DNA of 64,000 nucleotides from Actinomyces sp. (GTDB lineage: Bacteria; Actinomycetota; Actinomycetes; Actinomycetales; Actinomycetaceae): contig JARKVC010000030.1 of assembly GCA_029851875.1 (NCBI GenBank), forward strand, positions 21,544 to 85,543, given 5' to 3'. Position numbers and translations under genes: made by a program. Numbering within the stretch: position 1 is the first letter of the stretch; the number at the start of each line of letters is the position of its first letter. Shown here one piece after another: positions 30,662 through 40,320 of this stretch. The notes under the pieces are model-generated. The model worked only from the letters and a program-made list of their open reading frames with translations. It had not been told where the DNA came from and ran no database searches.

Positions 30662-31270
30662 TCAGTGGTCCCCGCCGCCCAGCTGCTCCAGCACGTGGGG
30701 CACCAGGGGACCGATCACGGCGACCACGTCCTTGACACCACCCCGCGAGCCCGGGGCGTTGACCACGAGCGCGTCGTCCGCACCCCGCCCGGTCACCCCG
30801 ACGAGCCCGCGCGAGAGCCCCGCCAACGGCGTCTTGCTCAGCCCGTAGCTGCGCACCTGCGCCTCCAGGCCCTCCAAGCGGGTCTGGAGCAGGGGCGCCG
30901 TCGCCTCAGGAGTGAGGTCCATGGGGGTCACGCCCGTGCCACCGGTGGTGAGCACCACCCGCGCCCCCTCAGCCACGGCCTCGGTCACGGCCAGGCGGAT
31001 GGCGGCGACGTCGTCGGGCACCACACGCACCCGCTCGACCTGGACCCCGTAGTCAGCCAGAAGCCGCTGCGCCAGCGGTCCGGACAGGTCCTCACGGCGC
31101 CCGGCAGCGCAGCGGTCCGAGACCGTGATGACGGCTCCGCGCACCGGCACGTCCAGCGTCTTGAGCGCCTTGCGGACAACCGACGCCGCCTCGGGCTGCT
31201 CCTCCCGTGTGGCAGCGGTCCCTCGGGGCGTACCAGGCTCGTCAGCAGCGGGGGCGGGGTCGTGCGTCAT
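30662..31270 (-). CDS. mog: MogA/MoaB molybdopterin adenylyltransferase
   Basis: VITVSDR, DLSGP, TGGTGVTPMDLTPEA and NAPGS. Confidence 0.9.
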   Translation of the reverse strand: MTHDPAPAADEPGTPRGTAATREEQPEAASVVRKALKTLDVPVRGAVITVSDRCAAGRREDLSGPLAQRLLADYGVQVERVRVVPDDVAAIRLAVTEAVAEGARVVLTTGGTGVTPMDLTPEATAPLLQTRLEGLEAQVRSYGLSKTPLAGLSRGLVGVTGRGADDALVVNAPGSRGGVKDVVAVIGPLVPHVLEQLGGGDH

Positions 31271-31333
31271 GGCCCCACCGTAGCGACCCCGACCGCGTTT
31301 GCCCAGGCGATTTATTAGAGCATCCGATCATCA

Positions 31334-31361
31334 CTTATTTCGGGGTTGGCCGTAAAAAACA
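31334..31361 (+). promoter_or_regulatory. Putative operator upstream of narK
   Basis: CTTATTTC-N10-GTAAAAAACA; same architecture as 25446-25473. Confidence 0.6.
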
Positions 31362-31479
31362 GAAGCGTCCCCATCCTTGCAATCCCAAGGCTCTGACGCA
31401 TCTGTCGCGGAGTGCGTCGACGCCGCCGATCATGGCAGGTGACCGCTGCCGACCCGCCGGATCCCGAGACAGGACCACC

Positions 31480-32862
31480 ATGAGCAACTCCGCCTCCCGG
31501 CCCTCACCGGCCCCAGACACCACCGCCCACCTCCCCGCCCTGGACACCTCCGGGCGCGTGCTGGTGGGCTGGGACCCCGAGGACCCGGCCCACTGGGACA
31601 AGGGCATCGCCTGGCGCACCCTGGCGATCTCGACCTTCTCCATGGTCATCGCCTTCTGCGTCTTCTTCCTCGTCTCAGCCATCGCGCCCAAGCTGCGCCT
31701 CATCGGCTTCGACCTCACCCCGGGCCAGCTCTACTGGCTCACGGCCATGCCAGGCCTGTCCGGCGGGCTCATCCGCCTGGTCTACATGTTCCTGCCGCCG
31801 GTCACAGGCACGCGCAGGCTGGTCGGCGTCTCCTCGCTGCTCTACGTCATCCCGATGCTCGGCTGGTTCTTCGCCGTCCAGGACACCTCCACCCCCTACG
31901 CCGTCCTGCTGGCGCTGTCCTTCACCTGCGGCATCGGTGGCGGCACCTTCTCGGGCTACATGCCCTCCACCGGCTACTTCTTCCCCAAGCGCCTGTCCGG
32001 CACCGCGCTCAACCTCCAGGCCGGCGTCGGCAACCTGGGCATGTCCCTCATCCAGCTCGCCGGCCCCTGGCTCATGGGCTTCGCCCTGCTGGGCATCACC
32101 TTCATCGCCCCGCAGCGCCAGGCTGGCGAGACGGCGGTCTTCGTCCACAACGCCGCGATCTTCTTCGTCCCCTGGGCCCTGGCCGCCGCCGTGCTCGCCT
32201 TCACCCTGCTCAAGGACGTCCCCGTCACAGCCAGCATCCGCGCCCAGATGTCCTTCCTCTCCAACCCGAACACGTGGTACATGACCATGCTCTACGTGCT
32301 CACCTTCGGCCTGTTCTCCGGCTTCGCCGCCCAGTTCGGCCTGCTGGTCAACAACACCTTCGGCTCCTCCTCGCCCCTGGCCGATCAGGGCTTTGACAAC
32401 CTGCCGCTGGGCGCCACCTACGCCTTCCTCGGCCCGCTCATCGGATCAGTGGTGCGTATGGCCTGGGGTCCGCTGTGCGACCGCTTCTCCGGAGGCCTGT
32501 GGACCTTCGTCTCCGCGGTCGGCATGGCGGTCACGCTGGCCTGGGCCTCGCTCTACATGCACCCCGACAGCCCGGAGGACTTCACGCCCTTCCTGTGGGC
32601 CATGCTCACCATGTTCTTCTTCGCCGGCATCGGCAACGCCGGCACCTTCAAGCAGATGCCCATGATCATGCCCCGCCTCCAGGCCGGCGGCGCGATCGGT
32701 TTCACCGCGGCGATCGCCTGCTTCGGCCCCTTCTTCGTCGGCGTGGCCCTGTCCGCCCTGGACGCCGGGACCTGGCTGGCGGTGTGCGCCGCCTACTCCG
32801 CGGTGTGCGCCCTGGTGTGCTGGGTCCGCTACGCCCGCCCCGGCGCCCCCTTCCGCGGCTGA
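31480..32862 (+). CDS. narK: Nitrate/nitrite MFS transporter
   Basis: WDPED N-terminus, GIGGGTFS..FFPK..G.A and FAGIGNAGTF nitrate-signature-like motifs; first gene of the nar operon. Confidence 0.93.
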   Translation: MSNSASRPSPAPDTTAHLPALDTSGRVLVGWDPEDPAHWDKGIAWRTLAISTFSMVIAFCVFFLVSAIAPKLRLIGFDLTPGQLYWLTAMPGLSGGLIRLVYMFLPPVTGTRRLVGVSSLLYVIPMLGWFFAVQDTSTPYAVLLALSFTCGIGGGTFSGYMPSTGYFFPKRLSGTALNLQAGVGNLGMSLIQLAGPWLMGFALLGITFIAPQRQAGETAVFVHNAAIFFVPWALAAAVLAFTLLKDVPVTASIRAQMSFLSNPNTWYMTMLYVLTFGLFSGFAAQFGLLVNNTFGSSSPLADQGFDNLPLGATYAFLGPLIGSVVRMAWGPLCDRFSGGLWTFVSAVGMAVTLAWASLYMHPDSPEDFTPFLWAMLTMFFFAGIGNAGTFKQMPMIMPRLQAGGAIGFTAAIACFGPFFVGVALSALDAGTWLAVCAAYSAVCALVCWVRYARPGAPFRG

Positions 32863-32925
32863 GACCCAGCGCCGAGCCTCAGCCGCCCCCTCCCGACCTC
32901 ACCGTCCCCGCCTCAAGGAGCAGCG

Positions 32926-35900
32926 ATGACCGACTCCCCCTCCTCCCAGCCCCTGGTCCCCGGGCCCGGTACCCCGGTCCAGTCCGTGCCCGGGCTGTTC
33001 ACGCTCGGCTCCTACCTGCGCCGCGGCAGGCCGTCGAAGGACGCCCGCCGCCTCTTCCTTGAGGGCGGGCGCGAGGCGGACGCCTTCTACCGTCGGCGCT
33101 GGAGCCACGACAAGATGGTCCACTCCACCCACGGGGTCAACTGCACCGGCTCGTGCGCCTGGGAGGTCTACGTCACCGACGGCGTCATCACCTGGGAGAA
33201 GCAGGTGACCGACTACCCCACCACCGGCCCGGACATGCCTGAGTACGAGCCGCGCGGCTGCCCGCGCGGGGCCTCCTTCTCCTGGTACACCTACTCCCCC
33301 ACGCGTATCCGCTACCCCTACGTCCGCTCGGTGCTGCTGGACGCCTTCCGTGCCGCGCGGCAGCGTCACGACGGCGACGCCGTGGCCGCCTGGGCCGAGG
33401 TCACCAGCGACCCGGTCACCTCACGCGCCTACAAGTCCGCCCGCGGCAAGGGCGGGATGGTGCGCGTGGGCTGGGACGAGGCCATGGACATCATCGCCGC
33501 GGCCTACGTCCACACCATCCGCACCTGGGGCCCGGACCGCTGCGCCGGCTTCTCCGTCATCCCGGCCATGTCCATGATCTCCTACGGTGCCGGCGCACGC
33601 TTCCACGAGCTCATCGGCGCCACCATGCTCTCCTTCTACGACTGGTACGCCGACCTGCCGCCCGCCTCCCCGCAGGTCTTCGGGGACCAGACCGACGTGC
33701 CCGAGGCCGGGGACTGGTACAGCTCCCAGTACCTCATCATGTGGGGCTCCAACCTGCCGCTGACCCGCACCCCCGACGCCCACTTCATGACCGAGGCGCG
33801 CTACCACGGGCAGAAGGTCGTCGCGGTCTCCCCCGACTACGCCGACAACACCAAGTTCGCCGACCAGTGGCTGCGGGTCGCGCCGGGCACCGACGGGGCT
33901 CTGGGTATGGCGATGGGCCACGTCATCCTCTCCGAGTTCCACGTCGGCCAGGGCGAGCCCTTCTTCCTGGACTACATGCGCCGTCACACCGACTCCCCCT
34001 TCCTCATTGAGCTGGAGGCTCACGACGACGGCGCCTACGTCCCCGGCCGCTTCGTCACCGCCGACTCCGTACCCGGCTCTGCGGCCCAGGACGCCACCCG
34101 CAACGAGTTCCGCCCGCTGGTGTGGGACCGCGAGCGCGGGCCGGCCGATCCCGGCGGGACCCTGGCCGATCGTTTCACCCCGCAGGGCGAGGGCCGGTGG
34201 AACCTTCTCATGGAGGGCGTGGACCCGGTCATGAGCATGATGGAGCTGTGCGAGGACGGCACCCACCCTGCGCCGCAGGGGAGCGTCGTCGAGCCGGTGG
34301 AGGTCCTGCTGCCGCGCTTTGACCTGCCCGGCTCAGCCACCCCCACCGGGAGCGTGGGCGGCGGCGTCCTGCGCCGCGGCGTGCCGGCCACGCGCCTGGC
34401 TGACGGGCGTGTGGTGACCACGGTCTACGACCTGCTGCTGGCCAACTACGCTGTCAAGAGAGCCGGCCTGCCCGGGCAGTGGCCGGCGGACTACCAGGAC
34501 GCCACGGTGCCGGGCACGCCCGCGTGGGCCAGTGAGCTGACGGGTGTGTCCGGACCTGCCATGATCCGGGTGGCCCGGGAGTTCGCCCGCAGCTCCATCG
34601 AGTCCGGCGGCCGTTCCCAGATCGTCATGGGGGCCGGGATCAACCACTACTACCACGCCGACGAGATCTACCGCACGATCCTGGCGCTGACCTCGATGTG
34701 CGCCACCCAGGGGGTCAACGGGGGCGGCTGGGCCCACTACGTGGGCCAGGAGAAGGTCCGCCCCATCGCCGGGTGGTCCCAGTTCGCCTTCGCCCTGGAC
34801 TGGGTGCGCCCGGCCCGGCAGATGATCTCCACAGGATTCTGGTACCTGACCACCGACCAGTGGCGCTACGACGCCACCCCGGCCGAGCGTCTGGCCTCGC
34901 CGCTGGGTGCGGGGAGCCTGGCAGGCAAGACCACCGCGGACACGATGGTGGAGTCGATGAAGCGAGGGTGGACCCCCTCCTACCCCACCTTCAACCGCAG
35001 CCCCCTGCTCCTGGGCCAGCAGGCCAAGGAGGCCGGGATGGCCCCGGCGGACTACGTCGTCGACCAGCTCGAGCGCGGCGAGCTGCGCTTTGCCTGCGAG
35101 GACCCGGACGCCGAGGAGAACTTCCCGCGGGTCCTGGCCTCCTGGCGCACCAACCTGCTGGGCTCCTCGGCCAAGGGCACGGAGTTCTTCCTGCGCCACA
35201 TGGTGGGCGCTGACAATGACGTCCAGGCCGCCGAGACCCCGCAGGGCCAGCGGCCGGTCTCCATGACCTGGCGAGAGCAGGCCCCGCAGGGCAAGCTCGA
35301 TCTCATGTGGACCGCTGACTTCCGCACCACCTCCACCACCCTGCACTCCGACGTCGTGCTGCCGGCGGCGACCTGGTACGAGAAGTACGACCTGTCCACC
35401 ACGGACATGCACCCCTTCATCCACTCCTTCAACGAGGCGATCACCCCGCCGTGGGAGGCGCGTACCGACTTCGCGATCTACCAGCAGCTGGCACGCCTGG
35501 TCGCCCAGTGGGCGCCGCAGTACCTGGGCACGCAGACCGACGTCGTGGCTGCCCCGCTGACCCACGACACCCCTGACGCGATGACCATGGCCCACGGGGA
35601 CGTCAGCTCCCTGCCCCACCAGTGGGTGCCGGGGGTGACGATGCCCAAGCTCGTCACGGTCGAGCGCGACTACACCCAGCTGCTCAACAAGTTCAACACG
35701 ATCGGGCCGCTGGTGGAGTCCCCCGGCATCCCCACCAAGGGGATCATGCTCGTGCCGGACAAGGAGATCGAGGCGCTGCGACGCGCCCACGGCACGGGTG
35801 AGGGCGCCGGGGAAGGGCGTCCGCTCATTGACACCCCGATCAGGGCCGGCGACGCCGTCATGCACATGTCCGGGGCCACCAACGGGCGCCTGGCGACCCA

Positions 35901-36714
35901 GGGGTGGCAGACCCTCTCGCGCCGCACGGGCACCGAGCTGGCGAGCCTGAGCCAGGAGGAGGCCGGCAAGCAGGTCACCTTCGCTCAGACCCAGAGCCGC
36001 CCTCAGCCGGTCATCACCACGCCCGAGTGGTCAGGCTCGGAGCACGGCGGACGGCGCTACAGCGCCTTCGTGGTCAACGTCGAGCACGCCAAGCCCTGGC
36101 ACACGCTGACCGGGCGGATGCACTACTACCTCGACCACGACTGGATGCGGGACATGGGCGAGAGCCTGCCCACCTTCCGCCCGCCGCTGGACTTCACCAC
36201 GCTCTACGGCGAGCAGGCACCCGGCACGGTCAGCTCCACCCAGGCAGGCCAGGCCCAGGTCGCGGTGCGCTACATCACCGCGCACAACAAGTGGGCCATC
36301 CACTCCCAGTACTACGACAACCTCCACATGCTCACCCTGGGGCGTGGCGGCCAGACGATCTGGATGAGTCCCCAGGACGCCGAGACGATCGGGGTGCGGG
36401 ACAACGAGTGGGTCGAGGCCTGCAACCGCAACGGGGTCGTCGCCGCGCGCGCCGTCGTCTCCCACCGCATCCCGCAGGGCACGGTCTTCATGTACCACGC
36501 CCAGGAACGCACGATGAACACGCCGCTGACCGAGTCCACCGGCAAACGCGGAGGCACGCACAACTCGCTCACGCGCATCGTCCTGAAGCCTTCGCACTTC
36601 GCCGGCGGCTACGCCCAGCTGTCCTACGCCTTCAACTACATCGGCCCCACCGGCAACAACCGTGACGAGGTCACGGTCATCCGCCGCCGCTCCAACCAGG
36701 AGGTGACCTTCTGA
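32926..36714 (+). CDS. narG: Respiratory nitrate reductase alpha subunit
   Basis: THGVNCTGSC, EPRGCPRGAS, SFYDWYADLP and HYVGQEK. Confidence 0.98.
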   Translation: MTDSPSSQPLVPGPGTPVQSVPGLFTLGSYLRRGRPSKDARRLFLEGGREADAFYRRRWSHDKMVHSTHGVNCTGSCAWEVYVTDGVITWEKQVTDYPTTGPDMPEYEPRGCPRGASFSWYTYSPTRIRYPYVRSVLLDAFRAARQRHDGDAVAAWAEVTSDPVTSRAYKSARGKGGMVRVGWDEAMDIIAAAYVHTIRTWGPDRCAGFSVIPAMSMISYGAGARFHELIGATMLSFYDWYADLPPASPQVFGDQTDVPEAGDWYSSQYLIMWGSNLPLTRTPDAHFMTEARYHGQKVVAVSPDYADNTKFADQWLRVAPGTDGALGMAMGHVILSEFHVGQGEPFFLDYMRRHTDSPFLIELEAHDDGAYVPGRFVTADSVPGSAAQDATRNEFRPLVWDRERGPADPGGTLADRFTPQGEGRWNLLMEGVDPVMSMMELCEDGTHPAPQGSVVEPVEVLLPRFDLPGSATPTGSVGGGVLRRGVPATRLADGRVVTTVYDLLLANYAVKRAGLPGQWPADYQDATVPGTPAWASELTGVSGPAMIRVAREFARSSIESGGRSQIVMGAGINHYYHADEIYRTILALTSMCATQGVNGGGWAHYVGQEKVRPIAGWSQFAFALDWVRPARQMISTGFWYLTTDQWRYDATPAERLASPLGAGSLAGKTTADTMVESMKRGWTPSYPTFNRSPLLLGQQAKEAGMAPADYVVDQLERGELRFACEDPDAEENFPRVLASWRTNLLGSSAKGTEFFLRHMVGADNDVQAAETPQGQRPVSMTWREQAPQGKLDLMWTADFRTTSTTLHSDVVLPAATWYEKYDLSTTDMHPFIHSFNEAITPPWEARTDFAIYQQLARLVAQWAPQYLGTQTDVVAAPLTHDTPDAMTMAHGDVSSLPHQWVPGVTMPKLVTVERDYTQLLNKFNTIGPLVESPGIPTKGIMLVPDKEIEALRRAHGTGEGAGEGRPLIDTPIRAGDAVMHMSGATNGRLATQGWQTLSRRTGTELASLSQEEAGKQVTFAQTQSRPQPVITTPEWSGSEHGGRRYSAFVVNVEHAKPWHTLTGRMHYYLDHDWMRDMGESLPTFRPPLDFTTLYGEQAPGTVSSTQAGQAQVAVRYITAHNKWAIHSQYYDNLHMLTLGRGGQTIWMSPQDAETIGVRDNEWVEACNRNGVVAARAVVSHRIPQGTVFMYHAQERTMNTPLTESTGKRGGTHNSLTRIVLKPSHFAGGYAQLSYAFNYIGPTGNNRDEVTVIRRRSNQEVTF

Positions 36715-38360
36715 TGAAGGTGATGGCTCAGATCGGCATGATCATGAACCTCGACAAGTGCATCGGGTGCCACACCTGCTCGGTGACCTGCAAGCAGGCG
36801 TGGACCAACCGCGAGGGCACGGAGTACATGTGGTTCAACAACGTCGAGACCCGCCCGGGCGTGGGCTACCCGCGCTCCTGGGAGGACCAGGACAGGTGGA
36901 GGGGCGGCTGGGTCCGCACGGCGAACGGGCGGCTGGTCCCTCGCGGAGGCGGGCGGCTGCGCAAGCTGGCCACGATCTTCGCCAACCCCCAGATGCCCGG
37001 GGTCGAGGACTACTACGAGCCGTGGACCTACGAGTACGACAGGCTGCTCTCGGCCCCCAGGGACAGTGCGACGCTGCCGGTCGCGCGGGCCAGGAGCCAG
37101 CTGACGGGCGAGTACATGCCCACCATCTCCTGGGGGCCTAACTGGGACGACGACCTGGGCGGCTCCGTGGAGACCCTGTCCGACGACCCGGTCCTGGCGG
37201 GGATGAGCAAGAAGGTCCGCACCGAGATCGACCAGGCCTTCATGTTCTACCTGCCGCGCATCTGCGAGCACTGCCTCAACCCCACCTGCGTGGCCGCCTG
37301 CCCGAGCGGCGCGATGTACAAGCGCAGCGAGGACGGGATCGTGCTGGTGGACCAGGACGCCTGTCGCGGCTGGCGCATGTGCGTGTCCGCCTGCCCCTAC
37401 AAGAAGGTCTACTTCAACCACGCCACCGGCAAGGCGGAGAAGTGCACGCTGTGCTACCCGCGGCTGGAGGCGGGCGAGCCCACTGTGTGCTCGGAGACCT
37501 GCGTGGGGCGCCTGCGCTACCTCGGCGTGCTGCTCTACGACGCCGACCGGGTCTCCCAGGCCGCGGCCGTGGCTGACCCGCAGGACCTGTACACGGCCCA
37601 GCGTGAGATCCTGCTCGACCCCCACGACCCCGCCGTCGTCGAGGCCGCGCGCGCTGAGGGCGTCCCGGCCTCCTGGATCGAGGCCGCCCAGCAGTCTCCC
37701 TTGTGGGACCTCATCCAGACCTACGAGGTGGCCCTGCCCCTGCACCCGGAGTACCGCACCATGCCGATGGTCTGGTACATCCCGCCGCTGTCCCCCGTGG
37801 TGGACGAGGTCGCGGCCACGGGCATGGACGCCGAGGACCACCGCGTGCTGCTGGCGGCGGTGGCGGACATGCGCATCCCGCTGGAGTACCTGGCCGGGCT
37901 GCTGACCGCCGGGGACACCAACCCCGTCGAGCTCTCGCTGCGTAGGCTCGCGGCCATGCGCTCTCACATGCGCGAGGTGAGCCTGGGACGCACCCCTGAC
38001 CCGGCGATCGCCGCATCGGTAGGAGTCACGGGCGAGCACCTGGAGGCGATGTACCGGCTGCTGGCCATCGCCAAGTACGACGACCGCTACGTCGTCCCCA
38101 CCGCTTCACCCGAGGTGCCCCGCGGTATGGCGGCCATGGGGCCGGACGTGCGCACGCTGCTGGGCCAGGGGGCGCCGGCCGGCTGCCACACGGTGGCCTC
38201 CTTCCACGGCCAGCCCGGTGCCGTAGCCGCCGACTCTCCTTCTACGACGCCGGTCATGCTGCCCGTCCCGGTGGTGCGCCGTGAGCCCGTGCCCGCCTCC
38301 GGGCCAGTAGCCCACCCGTCCGCTCCCGCTGCGGACGCCGGCTCCCGGCAGGAGCGGTGA
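36714..38360 (+). CDS. narH: Respiratory nitrate reductase beta subunit
   Basis: KCIGCHTCSVTCK, CEHCLNPTC, CRGWRMC and KCTLCYPR. Confidence 0.98.
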   Translation: MKVMAQIGMIMNLDKCIGCHTCSVTCKQAWTNREGTEYMWFNNVETRPGVGYPRSWEDQDRWRGGWVRTANGRLVPRGGGRLRKLATIFANPQMPGVEDYYEPWTYEYDRLLSAPRDSATLPVARARSQLTGEYMPTISWGPNWDDDLGGSVETLSDDPVLAGMSKKVRTEIDQAFMFYLPRICEHCLNPTCVAACPSGAMYKRSEDGIVLVDQDACRGWRMCVSACPYKKVYFNHATGKAEKCTLCYPRLEAGEPTVCSETCVGRLRYLGVLLYDADRVSQAAAVADPQDLYTAQREILLDPHDPAVVEAARAEGVPASWIEAAQQSPLWDLIQTYEVALPLHPEYRTMPMVWYIPPLSPVVDEVAATGMDAEDHRVLLAAVADMRIPLEYLAGLLTAGDTNPVELSLRRLAAMRSHMREVSLGRTPDPAIAASVGVTGEHLEAMYRLLAIAKYDDRYVVPTASPEVPRGMAAMGPDVRTLLGQGAPAGCHTVASFHGQPGAVAADSPSTTPVMLPVPVVRREPVPASGPVAHPSAPAADAGSRQER

Positions 38361-39073
38361 GAGCCGTGCCGCCCCTGACCGGCCACCAGCGTGCCACCGT
38401 GCACATGGCTGCCTCGCTGCTGCTGGACTACCCGGGTGAGGAGTCCTTCGCCACTCGCCTGGACGCCGTCGAGCACGCCCTGGGCGCTCAGAGCGACCTT
38501 CCCTCTGCGGTGCGTGAGCCCCTGGAGGCCTTCGTGCGCACCGCCCGCGAGCGCGGTCAGCGCGCCATGGCCGAGCACTACGTGGCCACCTTTGACCAGC
38601 GCCGACGCTGCTGCCTGTACCTGAGCTACTACGCGGTGGGTGACACCCGGCACCGCGGCGCCGCGATCCTGGCCTTCAAGGAGGCCCTGGCAGCAGCCGG
38701 TTACGAGATGGACCGTGACGAGCTGCCGGACTACCTGCCTGTGGTGCTGGAGCTGTCAGCCCGCTCCGGCGGCGACGAGGTTGCCCAGGTGCTGCTCTCC
38801 TCCCACCGCGAGGGCCTGGAGGTCCTGCGCACGGCCCTGGCCCAGGCAGCCAGTCCCTACACCGGCCTCGTGGAGGCGGTGTGCCTGACCCTGCCCGAGA
38901 TCGACCAGGCCACCGCCGAGCGCGTGCGCGCGCTGGTGTCCGCCGGGCCTCCGACCGAGACCGTAGGGGTCACTGACACCCTGCCATTCCCCACCACCCC
39001 CGTCCGCCACCCCACCGTGTCGGTCCCAGGGGCTGACCAACCCGCTGCTCGCCGGCAGGAGGAACGCGCATGA
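38357..39073 (+). CDS. narJ: Nitrate reductase Moco assembly chaperone
   Basis: SLLLDYP, YVATFD, GDTRHRG and ELPDYLP. Confidence 0.93.
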   Translation: MRAVPPLTGHQRATVHMAASLLLDYPGEESFATRLDAVEHALGAQSDLPSAVREPLEAFVRTARERGQRAMAEHYVATFDQRRRCCLYLSYYAVGDTRHRGAAILAFKEALAAAGYEMDRDELPDYLPVVLELSARSGGDEVAQVLLSSHREGLEVLRTALAQAASPYTGLVEAVCLTLPEIDQATAERVRALVSAGPPTETVGVTDTLPFPTTPVRHPTVSVPGADQPAARRQEERA

Positions 39074-39864
39074 GCACCTTCGAGTCCGCCGTCGTCTGGA
39101 CGGCACTGCCCTACGTCTGCCTCGTCCTGCTCGTGGTGGGGCTGGTGTGGCGCTACCGCACCGACCAGCTCGGCTGGACCAGCCGCTCCTCGCAGTGGAA
39201 CGAGCGGGCGATCCTGCGCTGGGCCTCGCCGCTGTTCCACCTGGGCGTCCTGCTGGTGGGGGCGGGCCACGTCATGGGCCTGCTCGTGCCCAAGACCTGG
39301 ACCGAGGCCGCCGGCGTGCCGGAGCACGTGTACCACCTGGCCGCCGTCATCCCGGGCACGATCGCCGGGGTGATGACGGTGGTGGGTCTGGCCGCTCTGC
39401 TCTACCGCAGGATCGTGGTGAAGTCGGTGCGCCTGGCCACGACCACCAGCGACAAGGTCATGTACGTCCTGCTGGCAGTCCCGATCCTGCTGGGAGCCTG
39501 GGCCACGGTGTCCACCCAGCTGGTCGCAGGCCTGCACGGGGGCTACGACTACCGCGAGACCATCAGCCCCTGGCTGCGCTCGGTCCTCTCCCTCCAGCCC
39601 GACGCCTCGCTCATGGCTGAGGTCCCGCTCGTCTTCAAGGCCCACATCGTGGCAGGCCTGCTCCTGCTGGCGATCTGGCCCTTCACCCGGCTGGTCCACG
39701 TGGTGTCCGCACCAGTGGGCTACGTGACGCGGCCCTACGTGGTCTACCGCTCTCGCCCTGCGGCGCTGACAGCCTCGACGCACCAGCCAGGCTGGGGGCC
39801 GGTGCGGACCCAGGGCACCGGCAACCAGGGAGACGATGACCTCGCCCCGTCCCAGGGGGCCTGA
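39070..39864 (+). CDS. narI: Respiratory nitrate reductase gamma subunit
   Basis: WTSRSSQ, LFHLG..GH, KAH and PFTRLVH heme ligands. Confidence 0.96.
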   Translation: MSTFESAVVWTALPYVCLVLLVVGLVWRYRTDQLGWTSRSSQWNERAILRWASPLFHLGVLLVGAGHVMGLLVPKTWTEAAGVPEHVYHLAAVIPGTIAGVMTVVGLAALLYRRIVVKSVRLATTTSDKVMYVLLAVPILLGAWATVSTQLVAGLHGGYDYRETISPWLRSVLSLQPDASLMAEVPLVFKAHIVAGLLLLAIWPFTRLVHVVSAPVGYVTRPYVVYRSRPAALTASTHQPGWGPVRTQGTGNQGDDDLAPSQGA

Positions 39865-39896
39865 ACGCGGCTGAAGCACACCTGGCGCACAGATGG

Positions 39897-40190
39897 CGGC
39901 GTGCTTTCGCCCCACCGCGGCGTGCCTCCAAGGCTGGCGGCGTACCTGCAGGGCTGGCGGCGTGTATTCGCACCCCGACGGCGTACCTCCCAGGATCGAC
40001 GGCGTGCTTTCCACCCATCGCGGCGTGCATTCCCTCTGACGGCGTGTCCAGAAGCGCTGTGGGCCACGCCCTCACAATGCCAACACGCCCTCACACAACG
40101 AACACACGCCCCCACCCAGCGCAGGCACGCCGCAACACGGCACACACGCCCCCACCCAGTACAAGCACGCCGCAACGACGGCGCACGCTG
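39897..40190. repeat. Phased inverted array, CGGCGT core: 8 forward plus 7 inverted units, 18-21 bp period
   Basis: CGGCGT at 39897, 39918, 39938, 39958, 39979, 40000, 40021 and 40040; ACGCC at 40066, 40085, 40106, 40127, 40146 and 40167; ACGCT at 40185. Confidence 0.9.
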
Positions 40191-40320
40191 ACTTCTACAC
40201 TGGCGGCGGCGCCCTCGTCCCTGCCAGCCACGCAGGAGCGCGAGGGAGCCCGGGGGGAACGGAACCGGGGCGGGAGCCTGACGGACCGTTCCTCGCAATC
40301 CTCCTCCCGAAAGGAACGCC

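Noticed and set aside
39897-40190. CRISPR array interpretation
   Set aside because: The conserved part is only 6-7 bp, the period is ~20 bp, orientation flips midway, and there are no cas genes.
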